A stretch of 64,000 nt of DNA, from positions 1,334 to 65,333 of the forward strand of contig JABARS010000037.1 of NCBI GenBank assembly GCA_019187085.1, written 5' to 3'. Of this stretch, positions 10,133 to 20,295 are shown piece by piece. Origin of the DNA: Pseudorhodoplanes sp. (GTDB lineage: Bacteria; Pseudomonadota; Alphaproteobacteria; Rhizobiales; Xanthobacteraceae). The position numbers and the translations under genes were made by a program. The stretch's first letter is position 1. Each line of letters begins with the position of its first letter. The notes beneath the pieces are model-generated. The model had not been told where the DNA came from. It saw only the letters and a list, made by a program, of their open reading frames with translations, and ran no database searches.

Positions 10133-11665
10133 ATGGCTCGAGCCCTGACGTCCGATTTCGCGCCTATCGGCTTGCCCGCGAAGGGTGTGTTGATCGTTTT
10201 TTGCAATCCTGACCTGAAATTTGGCCCCGCCACCGTCCGGCTGCTGCGTCCGACGCTCGATCTCATCCGCCGCGCGGCCGCCGCGGACCGGTTTGCGGGA
10301 AAGTCGGGGTCCGCGCTCGACATCGTCGCGCCCGCCGGCCTGAAAGTCTCCCGGCTGATCGTGCTGGGGGTCGGCAAGCCCGAGGACGCCAAGACCGAAG
10401 CCAAGACCGACACCAAGACCAATGCGAAGCCGCGCGATTTCGTGCGTCTCGGCGGAGTGGCGATGGGCCGGGTGCCCGGGCGCGAAAGCGAGGTCGCCAT
10501 TGTCGCCGAAACCGGAAGCGGACCGATGACGCCGGACGAGGCCGCCGATCTTGCGCTGGGCGCGATGCTGCGTGCCTACGCGTTCGAGCGTTACAAGACC
10601 AAGACCAAGGAAGGCGAGGAGCGCGCCAAGAGCGTTGCGCTCACCGTCGGCACCGCCCGCCCGGCGGATGCGCGCAAGGCCTGGCGCACGCGCCAGCCGG
10701 TCGCCGATGGCGTCGTCATCGCGCGCGATCTCGTCAACGAGCCGCCGAACGTGCTTTCGCCGGTGGAGTTCGCCCGCCGCGCCTCGGCGCTGCGCAAGGC
10801 AGGCGTCGGCATCGAGATTCTCGACGAGCGCGCGATGAAGCGCCTCGGCATGCATGCGCTGCTCGGCGTCGGACAGGGATCGGAGCGGGAAAGCCGCATC
10901 GTCATCATGCGCTGGAACGGCGGGCGCCGCAGCCAGCCGCCGATCGCCTTCATCGGCAAGGGCGTCTGTTTCGACGCCGGCGGCATCTCGATCAAGCCGG
11001 CCGCCGGCATGGAGGATATGAAAGGCGACATGGCGGGCGCGGCCTGCGTGGTCGGCCTGATGCATGCGCTCGCCGGTCGCAAGGCGAAGGTCAACGCCGT
11101 CGGCGCCATCGGTCTCGTGGAGAACATGCCCGACGGCAACGCGCAGCGGCCGGGCGACATCGTGACCTCGATGTCGGGCCAGACCGTCGAGATCATCAAC
11201 ACCGACGCCGAGGGGCGGCTGGTGCTCGCCGACGTGCTCTGGCACGTGGCGAAGAAATTCAAGCCGCGCGCGATGATCGATCTGGCGACGCTCACCGGCG
11301 CGATCATCGTCGCGCTCGGCCAGGAATATGCCGGCCTGTTCGCCAATGACGACGAACTCGCCGCCCGCCTGTCGGCCGCGGGCGAGACGACCGGCGAGAA
11401 GGTGTGGCGCATGCCGCTCGCGCCCGAATACGACAAGCTGATCGATTCCAAGTTCGCCGACATGAAGAATACCGGTGGGCGCTATGGCGGCGCGATCACC
11501 GCCGCGCAATTCCTGCAGCGCTTCGTCGGCAAGACGCCATGGGCGCATCTCGACATCGCCGGCACCGGCATGGGTTCACCCTCGACCGACATCAACCGCT
11601 CGTGGGGCTCGGGCTTCGGCGTGCGCCTGCTCGACCGCCTGGTGGCCGACAATTACGAGGCATGA
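10133..11665 (+). CDS. pepA: Leucyl aminopeptidase (M17)
   Basis: M17 catalytic core: [43 protein letters not shown] and LATLTGA. Start taken at MARALTS (10133). Confidence 0.92.
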   Translation: MARALTSDFAPIGLPAKGVLIVFCNPDLKFGPATVRLLRPTLDLIRRAAAADRFAGKSGSALDIVAPAGLKVSRLIVLGVGKPEDAKTEAKTDTKTNAKPRDFVRLGGVAMGRVPGRESEVAIVAETGSGPMTPDEAADLALGAMLRAYAFERYKTKTKEGEERAKSVALTVGTARPADARKAWRTRQPVADGVVIARDLVNEPPNVLSPVEFARRASALRKAGVGIEILDERAMKRLGMHALLGVGQGSERESRIVIMRWNGGRRSQPPIAFIGKGVCFDAGGISIKPAAGMEDMKGDMAGAACVVGLMHALAGRKAKVNAVGAIGLVENMPDGNAQRPGDIVTSMSGQTVEIINTDAEGRLVLADVLWHVAKKFKPRAMIDLATLTGAIIVALGQEYAGLFANDDELAARLSAAGETTGEKVWRMPLAPEYDKLIDSKFADMKNTGGRYGGAITAAQFLQRFVGKTPWAHLDIAGTGMGSPSTDINRSWGSGFGVRLLDRLVADNYEA

Positions 11666-12138
11666 CGGCGAAGGCGGACGCCACGATGACCGAGGTGCTG
11701 TTCTATCATTTGCAGCGCAAGCGCGTCGAAGACACGCTGCCGGCCCTGCTGGAGCGTTCGATCGAACGCGGCTGGCGGGTGGTGGTGCAGTCGTCGAGCG
11801 AGGAGCGTGTCGAGGCACTCGATGCGCATCTGTGGACGTGCCGCGACGACGGCTTTCTGCCGCACGGAACGCACCTGCAGCCCGATCCGGACGAACAGCC
11901 GGTGCTGCTCACCGTGCAACCCGACAATCCCAACGGCGCCAGCGTGCGCTTCCTGATCGACGGCGCGGCCTTGCCTGAGGACGCGGCGGCCTACGAGCGC
12001 ATCGTGCTTCTGTTCGACGGCGAGGACGAGGAGGCGGTCGCGCATGCCCGCCTGTGCTGGAGCGAGGTGAAGGCGAAAGGCTTCGAGACGACCTATTGGC
12101 AGCCCGACGAACGCGGACGCTGGGTCAAAAAATCATGA
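11662..12138 (+). CDS. holC: DNA polymerase III subunit chi
   Basis: [59 protein letters not shown] is typical of chi. The pepA-holC order is conserved. The ATG at 11662 overlaps the pepA stop; an alternative ATG is at 11686. Confidence 0.85.
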   Translation: MTAKADATMTEVLFYHLQRKRVEDTLPALLERSIERGWRVVVQSSSEERVEALDAHLWTCRDDGFLPHGTHLQPDPDEQPVLLTVQPDNPNGASVRFLIDGAALPEDAAAYERIVLLFDGEDEEAVAHARLCWSEVKAKGFETTYWQPDERGRWVKKS

Positions 12139-12272
12139 TATGGCAATAGTTTGCCATCGTGCCCCGCGTTAACGAAGGCGGGCGAAGGAATATGCGCGCA
12201 GTTGATCGCGGTCATGATGACGACTAGAAATTTTGCCCTAAGCTTGGTGGGGCGTGGTCCGGGATCTCTTCT

Positions 12273-12905
12273 TTGTCAGTGAAATTGTCCGACCGGAATC
12301 TGATTGTCCTGCTGGGTGCTGTGGCGCTCGCCGTCGCGCTCGGCGGATGCGCGTCGCCGACCAACGAACCGGCCGCGACCGCCGCGACGAAAAAGAACGA
12401 CCTGTTTGCGACGCCCGACTGGGTGCGCGGTTCCACCACAACCAAGAAGATGCTCACCGACCGCACCATTACGCCCGACGACCTGATCGGCGCCGACGGA
12501 AGCTGCGCGGCCACACGCGTCGCCATGCCCGAGCCGCCGCCGCAACCGCTGCCGGAGACCGACGGCACCAATCCGCCGTCCGAACCCGCCTCGCTCACCC
12601 CCGATTCGACGCAGCCGCAGCCCTGGCAGGGGCCGACGGTCATGGGCGGCATCGCGCTCGCCATGACCGAGTGCGACGTCGCGCAGCGCGCGGGCTTTCC
12701 GACCAATATCGAGATCGGCGCCGACCCCTCCGGCGAGCGCAGCGTCACGCTCACCTACATGCAGGGACCCTGGCCGGGCCTCTACCGGTTCCGCGCCGGA
12801 CGCCTTGTGTCCATCGAGCGCGTCGTCATCCCCGAGCCCCCCAAGCCGAAGAAGCCGGAACGCTCCAAGCGCAAGCCGACGGCGGTGCGCGTCGCACCGC
12901 GCTGA
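12273..12905 (+). CDS. Hypothetical lipoprotein (Pro-rich)
   Basis: Lipobox LAVALGGC after a hydrophobic N-terminus. I recognise no family. Start is TTG 12273 or GTG 12279. Confidence 0.6.
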   Translation: MSVKLSDRNLIVLLGAVALAVALGGCASPTNEPAATAATKKNDLFATPDWVRGSTTTKKMLTDRTITPDDLIGADGSCAATRVAMPEPPPQPLPETDGTNPPSEPASLTPDSTQPQPWQGPTVMGGIALAMTECDVAQRAGFPTNIEIGADPSGERSVTLTYMQGPWPGLYRFRAGRLVSIERVVIPEPPKPKKPERSKRKPTAVRVAPR

Positions 12906-12958
12906 CGCATGGGATGGATCTGGTCCAGTCTTCGCGGACCGGATCCTGAGGAAAGCTA

Positions 12959-14851
12959 TCAAGCCATCGCCGATTCATATTCGCCGCTGGCGGCGAGCCA
13001 TTCCTCTTCGGCGCGCGCGAGTGCTTCGGTGCGCTCGCTGCGCTCCTTGGCGAGGCCCGCGGCTTTCGCCGGATCGCGCGCGAACAGATCGGGCTGCGCG
13101 AGCTTGACGTCGAGCGCTGCGATATCGGTGGCGAGGCGCTTCATCTGCGCTTCGGCGTCGGCGATGCGCTTGCGCAAGGGAGCGAGCGCGGCGCGTTTGT
13201 TGGCGGTCGTACGCCGTGCCGCCTCGCGGTTCTGCGCGGAAGCAGGCGAGGCGTTCGCGGGGCCCATAGCCGGCGGCGCCATGCGTCCCTCGCTGAGCAC
13301 GTAGCGGCGGTAATCGTCGAGGTCGCCATCGAAGGCGCGCACCGTGCCGTCGGCGACCAGGAAGAGACGGTCGGCGCAGGCGTCGAGCAGATAGCGGTCG
13401 TGCGAGACGAGGATGACCGCGCCCGGAAAGTCGTTGATCGCCTCGATCAGCGCGGCGCGGCTGTCGATATCGAGATGGTTGGTCGGCTCGTCGAGCACGA
13501 CAAGATGCGGTCCCGAGAAGGTTGCAAGGCCGAGCAGTAGGCGCGCCTTCTCGCCGCCGGAGAGGCTCGCGATCCGGGTGTCGGCCTTGGCTTCGGGGAA
13601 GCCGATGCTGCCGGCGCGGGCGCGTACTTTCGATTCCGGCGCGTCGGGCATGAGCAGCCGCACCGCTTCGTAAGCCGAGCCGTCGGGGTTGAGCTCGTCG
13701 AGCTGATGCTGCGCGAAATAGGCGATGGCCATGCCGTTGGCGCGCGTGAGCGTGCCCGAGAACGGCTGCAGGCGGCCGGACAGGAGCTTCACCAGCGTCG
13801 ACTTGCCGTTGCCGTTCTGGCCGAGCAGCGCGATGCGGTCGTCGTTGTCGATGCGCATGTCGATATTGCGCAGGATCGGCCTGTCCGGCTCGTAGCCGAC
13901 CGTCACGCCGTCGAGCGCAAGGATCGGCGGCGACAGCGTCTTCTTGGGCGGGGGGAAATGGATCGGCCGTGCCTCGTCGATGACGGCTGCGGCAACCGGC
14001 TCCATCTTCGCCAGCAGCTTGAGGCGCGACTGCGCCTGACGCGCCTTGCTCGCCTTGGCGCGGAAACGGTCGACGAACGCCTGCAGGTGCTTGCGCTGCG
14101 CTTCCTGCTTCCTGGCGTGCTTGGCGTCGAGCATGAGGCGCTCGCGGCGCTGGCGCTCGAACGACGAATAGGTTCCGCGATAGAAGGTCAGCTTGCCGTT
14201 TTCCAGATGCAGGATGGAATCGACCGCGTTGTCGAGCAGGTCGCGGTCGTGGCTGATCACGATCACGGTGCGCCGGTAGCGGGCGAGATGGTCCTGCAGC
14301 CAGAGCGTGCCTTCGAGGTCCAGATAGTTGGTCGGCTCGTCGAGCAGCAGGATGTCGGGTTGCGCGAACAGGACGGCGGCGAGCGCGACGCGCATGCGCC
14401 AGCCGCCGGAAAACTCCGAACACGGCCGCTGCTGCGCGGCTTCGGGAAAACCGAGGCCGGATAGGATCGCGGCGGCGCGCGCGGGCGCGGCATAGGCGTC
14501 GATGTCGGCAAGCCGCGTCTGGATGTCGGCGATCCGGTGTGGATCGGTGGCGGTCTCGGCTTCGGCCATGAGGCGGGCGCGCTCCTGGTCGCCGGCCAGC
14601 ACGACCTCGATCAGCGGCTGCGGACCCGAAGGCGCCTCCTGCAGCAGCCGTCCGACGCTGCTGCGCGCCGGGCGGGTGATGTCGCCGGCCTCCGCGCCGC
14701 GTTCGCCGGTGATGACGTTGAACAGCGTCGTCTTTCCGCATCCGTTGCGGCCGACGAGCCCCACGCGCGCGCCGGCCGGGATCTGCACGGAGGCGTGATC
14801 GATGAGCAGGCGTCCGGCCACCCGGACCGAAAGGTTGTCGATGGTGAGCAT
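12959..14851 (-). CDS. ABC-F family ATPase (two ABC domains, no TM domain)
   Basis: Two Walker A motifs (GRNGCGKTT, GQNGNGKST), two LSGG signatures (FSGGWRMR, LSGGEKAR), and a C-terminal coiled-coil tail. This is the ABC-F architecture. Confidence 0.9.
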   Translation of the reverse strand: MLTIDNLSVRVAGRLLIDHASVQIPAGARVGLVGRNGCGKTTLFNVITGERGAEAGDITRPARSSVGRLLQEAPSGPQPLIEVVLAGDQERARLMAEAETATDPHRIADIQTRLADIDAYAAPARAAAILSGLGFPEAAQQRPCSEFSGGWRMRVALAAVLFAQPDILLLDEPTNYLDLEGTLWLQDHLARYRRTVIVISHDRDLLDNAVDSILHLENGKLTFYRGTYSSFERQRRERLMLDAKHARKQEAQRKHLQAFVDRFRAKASKARQAQSRLKLLAKMEPVAAAVIDEARPIHFPPPKKTLSPPILALDGVTVGYEPDRPILRNIDMRIDNDDRIALLGQNGNGKSTLVKLLSGRLQPFSGTLTRANGMAIAYFAQHQLDELNPDGSAYEAVRLLMPDAPESKVRARAGSIGFPEAKADTRIASLSGGEKARLLLGLATFSGPHLVVLDEPTNHLDIDSRAALIEAINDFPGAVILVSHDRYLLDACADRLFLVADGTVRAFDGDLDDYRRYVLSEGRMAPPAMGPANASPASAQNREAARRTTANKRAALAPLRKRIADAEAQMKRLATDIAALDVKLAQPDLFARDPAKAAGLAKERSERTEALARAEEEWLAASGEYESAMA

Positions 14852-15088
14852 GGTCGCTCTCTAGACGGATTTTGCGCGGCTGCCGAGTCCGTTCGTGCCG
14901 GTGTGGGGAACACGCCAGCGGCATGGTGCGGCGCGCTGCCGTGCGCGGACGCGGCCGTGCGTCGCTTTACGGTGTCGGCGCGGATTGTTACAATCACAAT
15001 AGTTGATATCGCAATAACCGACCGGGGCGGACGCCCGGAACCCGCGATTCACGCAAGCGCAGCACAAGTGGGCGAGAGGGACGACGCC

Positions 15089-15925
15089 ATGTCGGCGACA
15101 GCGGTTCGTGCCGGTGCTTTCCTTCATCATCTCCAGATGCAGAGCCCGGCGCCGGATCGGCTCGCCGCCTTCTATGGCGGCGCCATGGACATGAATGCGG
15201 AGCAGCTCCCGGACGGACGCTGGCTCTGCTACGGTCCGCAGCGGCGCGTGCTGTTCGCGCAAGGCGCGGCGGGGAAGCTCGATTACGCCGCCTTCGCCTG
15301 CCGCGACGCCGAGGGGCTCGGCGAGCTCTATGCGCGCGCTTCCCGTGAGGGGCTCGATCCCGTGGACGTGTCGTCGCCGCTTCTGTCGCGTGCCTTTTCG
15401 GTGCGCGATCCCGACGGCAACGGCGTCGTGTTCGGGATCGCCAATCCCGACGATCACGACCGGCCGGGCCTGCGCGGGCCGCTGCAGCACGTCACACTTG
15501 CGACCTTCGATGTCGGGGCGATCGAGGATTTCTATGCCGGCAAGCTCGGCTTTCTCGTCTCCGACCGCGTCATCAACGACAAGGGCGGACTCGCGACGAG
15601 CTTCATGCGCTCCAACCACGAACACCATACGCTCGCCTGTTTCCTGTCGTCGCGGCGCGGCGTCGACCATCACAGCTACGAAGCCGGCGAGTGGAACACG
15701 ATCCGCGACTGGGCCGACCGTTTCGCTGCCCGCAACATCCGCCTGATGTGGGGACCCGGTCGCCATGGGCCGGGCAACAATCTGTTCGTCTTCATCGCCG
15801 ACCCGGACGGCAACTGGATCGAGGTCTCCGCCGAGCTCGAACTCATGCGCGACCGCCCGGTGCGGCACTGGCCGCATGCCGAGCGCACGCTCAATCTGTG
15901 GGGCAATGCGATCATGCGAAGCTGA
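15089..15925 (+). CDS. VOC-superfamily protein, two-domain extradiol-dioxygenase-like (glyoxalase/bleomycin resistance fold)
   Basis: Two tandem VOC modules (LHHLQMQS...VRDPDGNGVVF and LQHVTLAT...HHTLA...DHHSYE...IADPDGNWIEV). The pattern matches catechol 2,3-dioxygenase-type enzymes. ATG at 15089. Confidence 0.75.
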   Translation: MSATAVRAGAFLHHLQMQSPAPDRLAAFYGGAMDMNAEQLPDGRWLCYGPQRRVLFAQGAAGKLDYAAFACRDAEGLGELYARASREGLDPVDVSSPLLSRAFSVRDPDGNGVVFGIANPDDHDRPGLRGPLQHVTLATFDVGAIEDFYAGKLGFLVSDRVINDKGGLATSFMRSNHEHHTLACFLSSRRGVDHHSYEAGEWNTIRDWADRFAARNIRLMWGPGRHGPGNNLFVFIADPDGNWIEVSAELELMRDRPVRHWPHAERTLNLWGNAIMRS

Positions 15926-16036
15926 CGCGCGCCGCACGCGCGTCCTGAGATGCGTCCGCAAAAAGAAAGGCCCCGGCCTCGCGCACGGGGCCGGGGCTTT
16001 CGTCAACCGCGCCGTGGGCGCGGCCGTCCGCCGGGA

Positions 16037-16282
16037 TCAGTAGCAGACATAGATCCGGCGCAGGCGCGGACCGTACGGGGTATCGACCCAGCGCTTCACC
16101 CAGCAGCCATGGCCGTAAGCGACATAGGCCGGGCCGCCGAAATAGATCTTGCCGTGACCCCAGTGGTGCTTGTGCCAGTGCTTGCCCTTCCAGCCGGCGT
16201 CGGCGGAAGTGGGGGCGAGGGCCGCGGCACCGAGAGCGGTCAACGCGGCGAGTGCGAACGTGACTTTGCGAAACATGGTCAT
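16037..16282 (-). CDS. Small secreted His/Trp/Gly-rich protein (about 55 aa mature)
   Basis: Signal peptide MFRKVTFALAALTALGAAALAPTSADA, then GWKGKHWHKHHWGHGKIYFGGPAYVAYGHGCWVKRWVDTPYGPRLRRIYVCY. I recognise no family. Confidence 0.55.
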   Translation of the reverse strand: MTMFRKVTFALAALTALGAAALAPTSADAGWKGKHWHKHHWGHGKIYFGGPAYVAYGHGCWVKRWVDTPYGPRLRRIYVCY

Positions 16283-16470
16283 CTCCTTGTGACGGATGTG
16301 TCGCCCACATCCTGAACGTCTGTCGCGCGGGCTCCGGCACAGGTTCAACAGCCGGCAGATTTTCTCAATGAATGTCGGAAAAGGGCGTCCGGCCGGCCGC
16401 TTGCGGGCGCGGATCGCGGTCGCTATAAGCCCGCACCCGCAGGTTTCCCCTTCAGCCCGAGGATTTTTTC

Positions 16471-16893
16471 ATGGCGATCGAGCGTACGTTTTCCATCCTG
16501 AAGCCCGACGCGACGGTGCGTAACATCACCGGCGCGATCAACGCCATGATCGAGAAAGCGGGCCTGCGCATCGTCGCGCAGAAGCGCATCCGCATGACCC
16601 GCGAGCAGGCCGAGACCTTCTATGCCGTGCACAGGGAGCGCCCCTTTTTCGGCGAGCTGGTGTCGTTCATGATCTCCGGCCCGGTCGTGGTGCAGGTGCT
16701 CGAGGGCGAGAACGCGATCGCCCGCTATCGCGAGGTGATGGGCGCGACCGATCCGGCCAAGGCCGCCGACGGCACCGTCCGCAAGGTGCATGCCCGCTCG
16801 GTCGGCGAGAATTCCGTGCACGGCTCCGACGCGCCGGACACCGCAGTCAAGGAAATCGCCCAGTTTTTCTCCGGAAACGAGATTGTCGGCTGA
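16471..16893 (+). CDS. ndk: Nucleoside diphosphate kinase
   Basis: [14 protein letters not shown]...[11 protein letters not shown]...NSVHGSD is canonical Ndk. Confidence 0.95.
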   Translation: MAIERTFSILKPDATVRNITGAINAMIEKAGLRIVAQKRIRMTREQAETFYAVHRERPFFGELVSFMISGPVVVQVLEGENAIARYREVMGATDPAKAADGTVRKVHARSVGENSVHGSDAPDTAVKEIAQFFSGNEIVG

Positions 16894-16969
16894 ACCGGGA
16901 GAGGAAAAACCTGTCGGAGACGGACTTGATCTGAGGCGTGACGCCGCACTATTTGCACCTGTACAAATG

Positions 16970-17019
16970 CCCCTGTAGAGCTACGGTATCGAAAATACAT
17001 AATACCAGCTCAACAGGGG
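16970..17019 (+). promoter_or_regulatory. Long imperfect A+T-rich hairpin 7 nt upstream of the TerC-family start codon (candidate leader structure)
   Basis: CCCCTGTAGAGCTACGGTAT-(cgaaaatacata)-ATACCAGCTCAACAGGGG. The outer arms CCCCTGT/ACAGGGG and the inner arms GGTAT/ATACC pair. The 3' arm ends 7 nt before the GTG at 17026. Confidence 0.3.
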
Positions 17020-17025
17020 TTTAGG

Positions 17026-17823
17026 GTGGAAGCGCTTTGGGCAGACTTGTTCTCGCCGGCCTTTTGGGTCGCGGCGGGACAGATCATCGGTATCAACATC
17101 ATCCTGTCCGGCGACAACGCGGTGGTGATCGCGTTGGCCTGCCGGATGCTGCCGCCGAAGCAGCGCTTCTGGGGCATGGTCCTGGGCGCCGGCGTCGCCG
17201 TGCTGCTGCGCGTGCTGTTCACGCTCGTCGTGGCGCAGGCCATGGCCTATCCCTTCCTGAAGCTGGTCGGCGGCGTTCTGCTGATCTGGGTGGCGGTCAA
17301 GCTCGTGGTTCCGGAGGACGACGAGGGCGAAGGCAAGATCGCCGCCGCCGAGAACCTGTGGCGGGCGGTGCGCATCGTCGCGATCGCCGACATCGTCATG
17401 AGCCTCGACAACGTGATCGCGATCGCGGCGGCGGCCGAGACGGCGGCCGTGCGCGTCGACCTCGCGCATGCCGCGACCATCAAGACCGCGCTGATCATCT
17501 TCGGTCTTGCGACCTCGATCCCGCTGATCGTGGCCGGCAGCGCGCTGCTGATGGCGCTGCTCGACCGCTTTCCGATCCTGGTCTGGGCGGGCGCTGCCTT
17601 GCTCGGCTGGGTCGCCGGCGACATCATGGCCAAGGATGCGGCGCTCGAAGGGTTCCTCGATCCTGCGAGCTTGCACGTGCTCCATTACTGGGCGGCCGCG
17701 GCCGGCGCGGTGTTCGTGGTTGCAATGGGCTGGTGGCTCCGGCAATACCAGCACAGGCGTGCTCTGGCGCATCCGCTGATCGTGGATCCGCCCGGGCCGG
17801 AGGAATTCCCGCACAAGCGGTGA
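17026..17823 (+). CDS. TerC/Alx-family integral membrane protein (YjbE-like)
   Basis: IGINIILSGDNAVVIALA and a second MSLDNVIAIAA repeat are typical of the TerC family. GTG start. Confidence 0.85.
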   Translation: MEALWADLFSPAFWVAAGQIIGINIILSGDNAVVIALACRMLPPKQRFWGMVLGAGVAVLLRVLFTLVVAQAMAYPFLKLVGGVLLIWVAVKLVVPEDDEGEGKIAAAENLWRAVRIVAIADIVMSLDNVIAIAAAAETAAVRVDLAHAATIKTALIIFGLATSIPLIVAGSALLMALLDRFPILVWAGAALLGWVAGDIMAKDAALEGFLDPASLHVLHYWAAAAGAVFVVAMGWWLRQYQHRRALAHPLIVDPPGPEEFPHKR

Positions 17824-17852
17824 GGCGCGGGTGACATTGCGGGCGAGGCGGG

Positions 17853-19955
17853 ATGAACGAGATTGTCCGGACAGCCGCCTCCCCAATGCTTCGGGCCTCC
17901 GCCTGCCCGCACGATTGTCCGTCCACCTGCGCGCTCGAAGTTGAGGTGTTCGACGCGCACCGCGTCGGGCGCGTGCGCGGCGCGGAGGATAACCGCTACA
18001 CCGCCGGCGTGATCTGCGCGAAGGTCGCCCGCTATGCCGAGCGCGTCCATCATCCGCAGCGCCTGACGCAGCCGCTGCGCCGGGTTGGGCCCAAGGGCGG
18101 CGACGATTTTGTCCCGATATCCTGGGACGACGCGCTCGATATCGTGGCGGAAAACTTCGTGCGCGCGGAAGCGCGGCATGACCCGCAGGCGGTCTGGCCC
18201 TATTATTACGCGGGGACGATGGGGCTCGTGATGCGCGACGGCATCAACCGCCTGCGTCACGCCAAATCCTATTCCGGCTTCTTCTCGACGATCTGCGTCA
18301 ATCCGGCCTGGACCGGCTTCATCGCCGGCACCGGGCGGCTGGCCGGGCCCGATCCGCGCGAAATGGCGCTCACCGACCTCCTGGTGATCTGGGGCACCAA
18401 TCCGGTCAACACCCAGATCAACGTAATGACGCATGCGGTGCGCGCGCGCAAGGAGCGGCAGGCGAAGATCGCCGTCGTCGACGTCTACATGAACGCGACG
18501 ATGGAGCAGGCCGATCTGCCGGTGCTGATCCGTCCCGGCACCGACGGCGCGCTCGCCTGCGCCGTGATGCATTGCCTGTTCCGTGACGGCCATGCCGACT
18601 GGGATTTCCTCAACCGGTTCACCGACCGGCCGCGCGAGATGCAGGCTCATGTCGCGACGCGCGATCCGGCCTGGGCCGCGGCCATCACCGGTTGCCCGGC
18701 GGAGACGATCGAGGCGTTCGCGCGCCTGATCGGCGAACGCAGGCGGACCTATTTCCGGCTCGGCTACGGATTTTCGCGCTCGCGCAACGGCGCGATCAAC
18801 ATGCATGCGGCAAGCTGTATCGCGGCGGTGACCGGCGCCTGGCAATACGAGGGCGGCGGCGCCTTCCACAATAACGGGGCGATCTATCATTGGAACAAGA
18901 CCATGATCGAGGGCCTCGACGTGTGCGATCCCTCGGTGCGCGAACTCGACCAGTCGCGGATCGGTCCGATCCTCACCGGCGACCGCGCCGCGCTCTGCGA
19001 CGGTCCGCCGGTGACCGCGATGCTGATCCAGAACACCAATCCGGTGTCGGTTGCCCCCGATCAGTCGGCGGTGAAGCGCGGCTTTGCGCGCGATGATCTG
19101 TTCGTGTGCGTGCACGGGCACTTCATGACCGAGACCGCGCGCATGGCCGACATCGTCCTGCCGGCGACCATGTTCATGGAGCACGACGACGTCTACCAGG
19201 CCGGCGGCAGCCAATACATCCTGCTCGGCCCGAAGATCGTGGAGGCGCCGGGCGAATGCCGCTCCAACCATGACGTGGTCTGCGCGCTCGCAAAGCGGCT
19301 GGGCGCCGCGCATCCGGGCTTTGCGATGACGCCGCGCGAACTCATCGACTGGACGCTGCGGCAATCGGGATGGGGCACGCTGGAGCGGCTCGAGCGCGAG
19401 CGCTGGATCGACTGCCAGCCGGATTTCGCGCGCGCGCATTATCGGGACGGGTTCAACTGGCCCGACCGCAAGTTCCGCTTCAGCCCCGACTGGCCGAACG
19501 TGCCGTTCCGCAGCCCGGGCCCGTGCGGTCCGTTCGCCGCCATTCCGGAATTTCCCGACCATTGGGAGGTGATCGAGGAAGCGGACGACGAGCATCCGTT
19601 CCGGCTGGCGACCTCGCCGGCGCGCAACTTCCTCAATTCGACGTTCAACGAAACGCCGGCCTCGCGCATGCGCGAAGGTCGCCCGACGCTCCTGATGCAT
19701 CCCGACGACGCCGCCGGAACCGGACTGTCCGACGGCGCGCCCGCTTTGGTCGGTAATCGCCGCGGTAGGGTGCGGCTTCATGTCAAGTTGTTCGCCGGCG
19801 TGCGGCGCGGCGTCGTGATCGCCGAATCCATCTGGCCCAATCATGCCTATGACGACGGCCGGGGAATCAATACGCTGACCGGCGCCGACGCGATCGCGCC
19901 GTTCGGCGGCGCCGCCTTCCACGACAACCGAGTCTGGATCAGGCCCGCGTCCTGA
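17853..19955 (+). CDS. Molybdopterin-dependent oxidoreductase family protein (bis-MGD type)
   Basis: N-terminal 4Fe-4S motif CPHDCPSTC. Sequence is DMSO-reductase/formate-dehydrogenase-superfamily-like throughout (VIWGTNPVNTQ, IVLPATMFMEHDD). C-terminal beta-barrel domain (FRLATSPARNFLNSTF). Confidence 0.85.
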   Translation: MNEIVRTAASPMLRASACPHDCPSTCALEVEVFDAHRVGRVRGAEDNRYTAGVICAKVARYAERVHHPQRLTQPLRRVGPKGGDDFVPISWDDALDIVAENFVRAEARHDPQAVWPYYYAGTMGLVMRDGINRLRHAKSYSGFFSTICVNPAWTGFIAGTGRLAGPDPREMALTDLLVIWGTNPVNTQINVMTHAVRARKERQAKIAVVDVYMNATMEQADLPVLIRPGTDGALACAVMHCLFRDGHADWDFLNRFTDRPREMQAHVATRDPAWAAAITGCPAETIEAFARLIGERRRTYFRLGYGFSRSRNGAINMHAASCIAAVTGAWQYEGGGAFHNNGAIYHWNKTMIEGLDVCDPSVRELDQSRIGPILTGDRAALCDGPPVTAMLIQNTNPVSVAPDQSAVKRGFARDDLFVCVHGHFMTETARMADIVLPATMFMEHDDVYQAGGSQYILLGPKIVEAPGECRSNHDVVCALAKRLGAAHPGFAMTPRELIDWTLRQSGWGTLERLERERWIDCQPDFARAHYRDGFNWPDRKFRFSPDWPNVPFRSPGPCGPFAAIPEFPDHWEVIEEADDEHPFRLATSPARNFLNSTFNETPASRMREGRPTLLMHPDDAAGTGLSDGAPALVGNRRGRVRLHVKLFAGVRRGVVIAESIWPNHAYDDGRGINTLTGADAIAPFGGAAFHDNRVWIRPAS

Positions 19956-19980
19956 TCTGCCAACGCCTTCGGGAGTTCCG

Positions 19981-20295
19981 ATGACCGCCGTCCGTTTCTG
20001 GCCTGCCGTGATTATGTTGTGTCTTGCCGTCGCCGGCTGCGGCGGCGGGGATTTTTCATCCGCCGTCGGCGACGCCAACGAGCAGGCGCGGCTGAAGCTC
20101 GTCGATCAATGCATGTTCGACCGCTCCTCGGGCGCCGATCCGAAGGACCGCACGCGCGGCCCGCGCTGCCAGTGCTACGCGCGCACGGTCGCAAAACAGA
20201 TGTCGCCTTCCGAAGCCTCCGCCTTTGTCGCAAGCGGGGCGGTGCCGCTGTCGGTGAAGACGACGGAGGTCATGGCTTCCTGCCGGCGCGGTTGA
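19981..20295 (+). CDS. Hypothetical lipoprotein
   Basis: Lipobox LAVAGC after a hydrophobic N-terminus. Four further Cys residues. I recognise no family. Confidence 0.5.
   Translation: MTAVRFWPAVIMLCLAVAGCGGGDFSSAVGDANEQARLKLVDQCMFDRSSGADPKDRTRGPRCQCYARTVAKQMSPSEASAFVASGAVPLSVKTTEVMASCRRG

Noticed and set aside
16894-17025. yybP-ykoY (Mn) riboswitch upstream of the TerC-family gene.
   Set aside because: The spacer contains GGGAGAG and CGGAGACGG, but they are only ~15 nt apart. The conserved GGGGAGUAG / four-way-junction layout is not visible. I kept only the hairpin as an observation.
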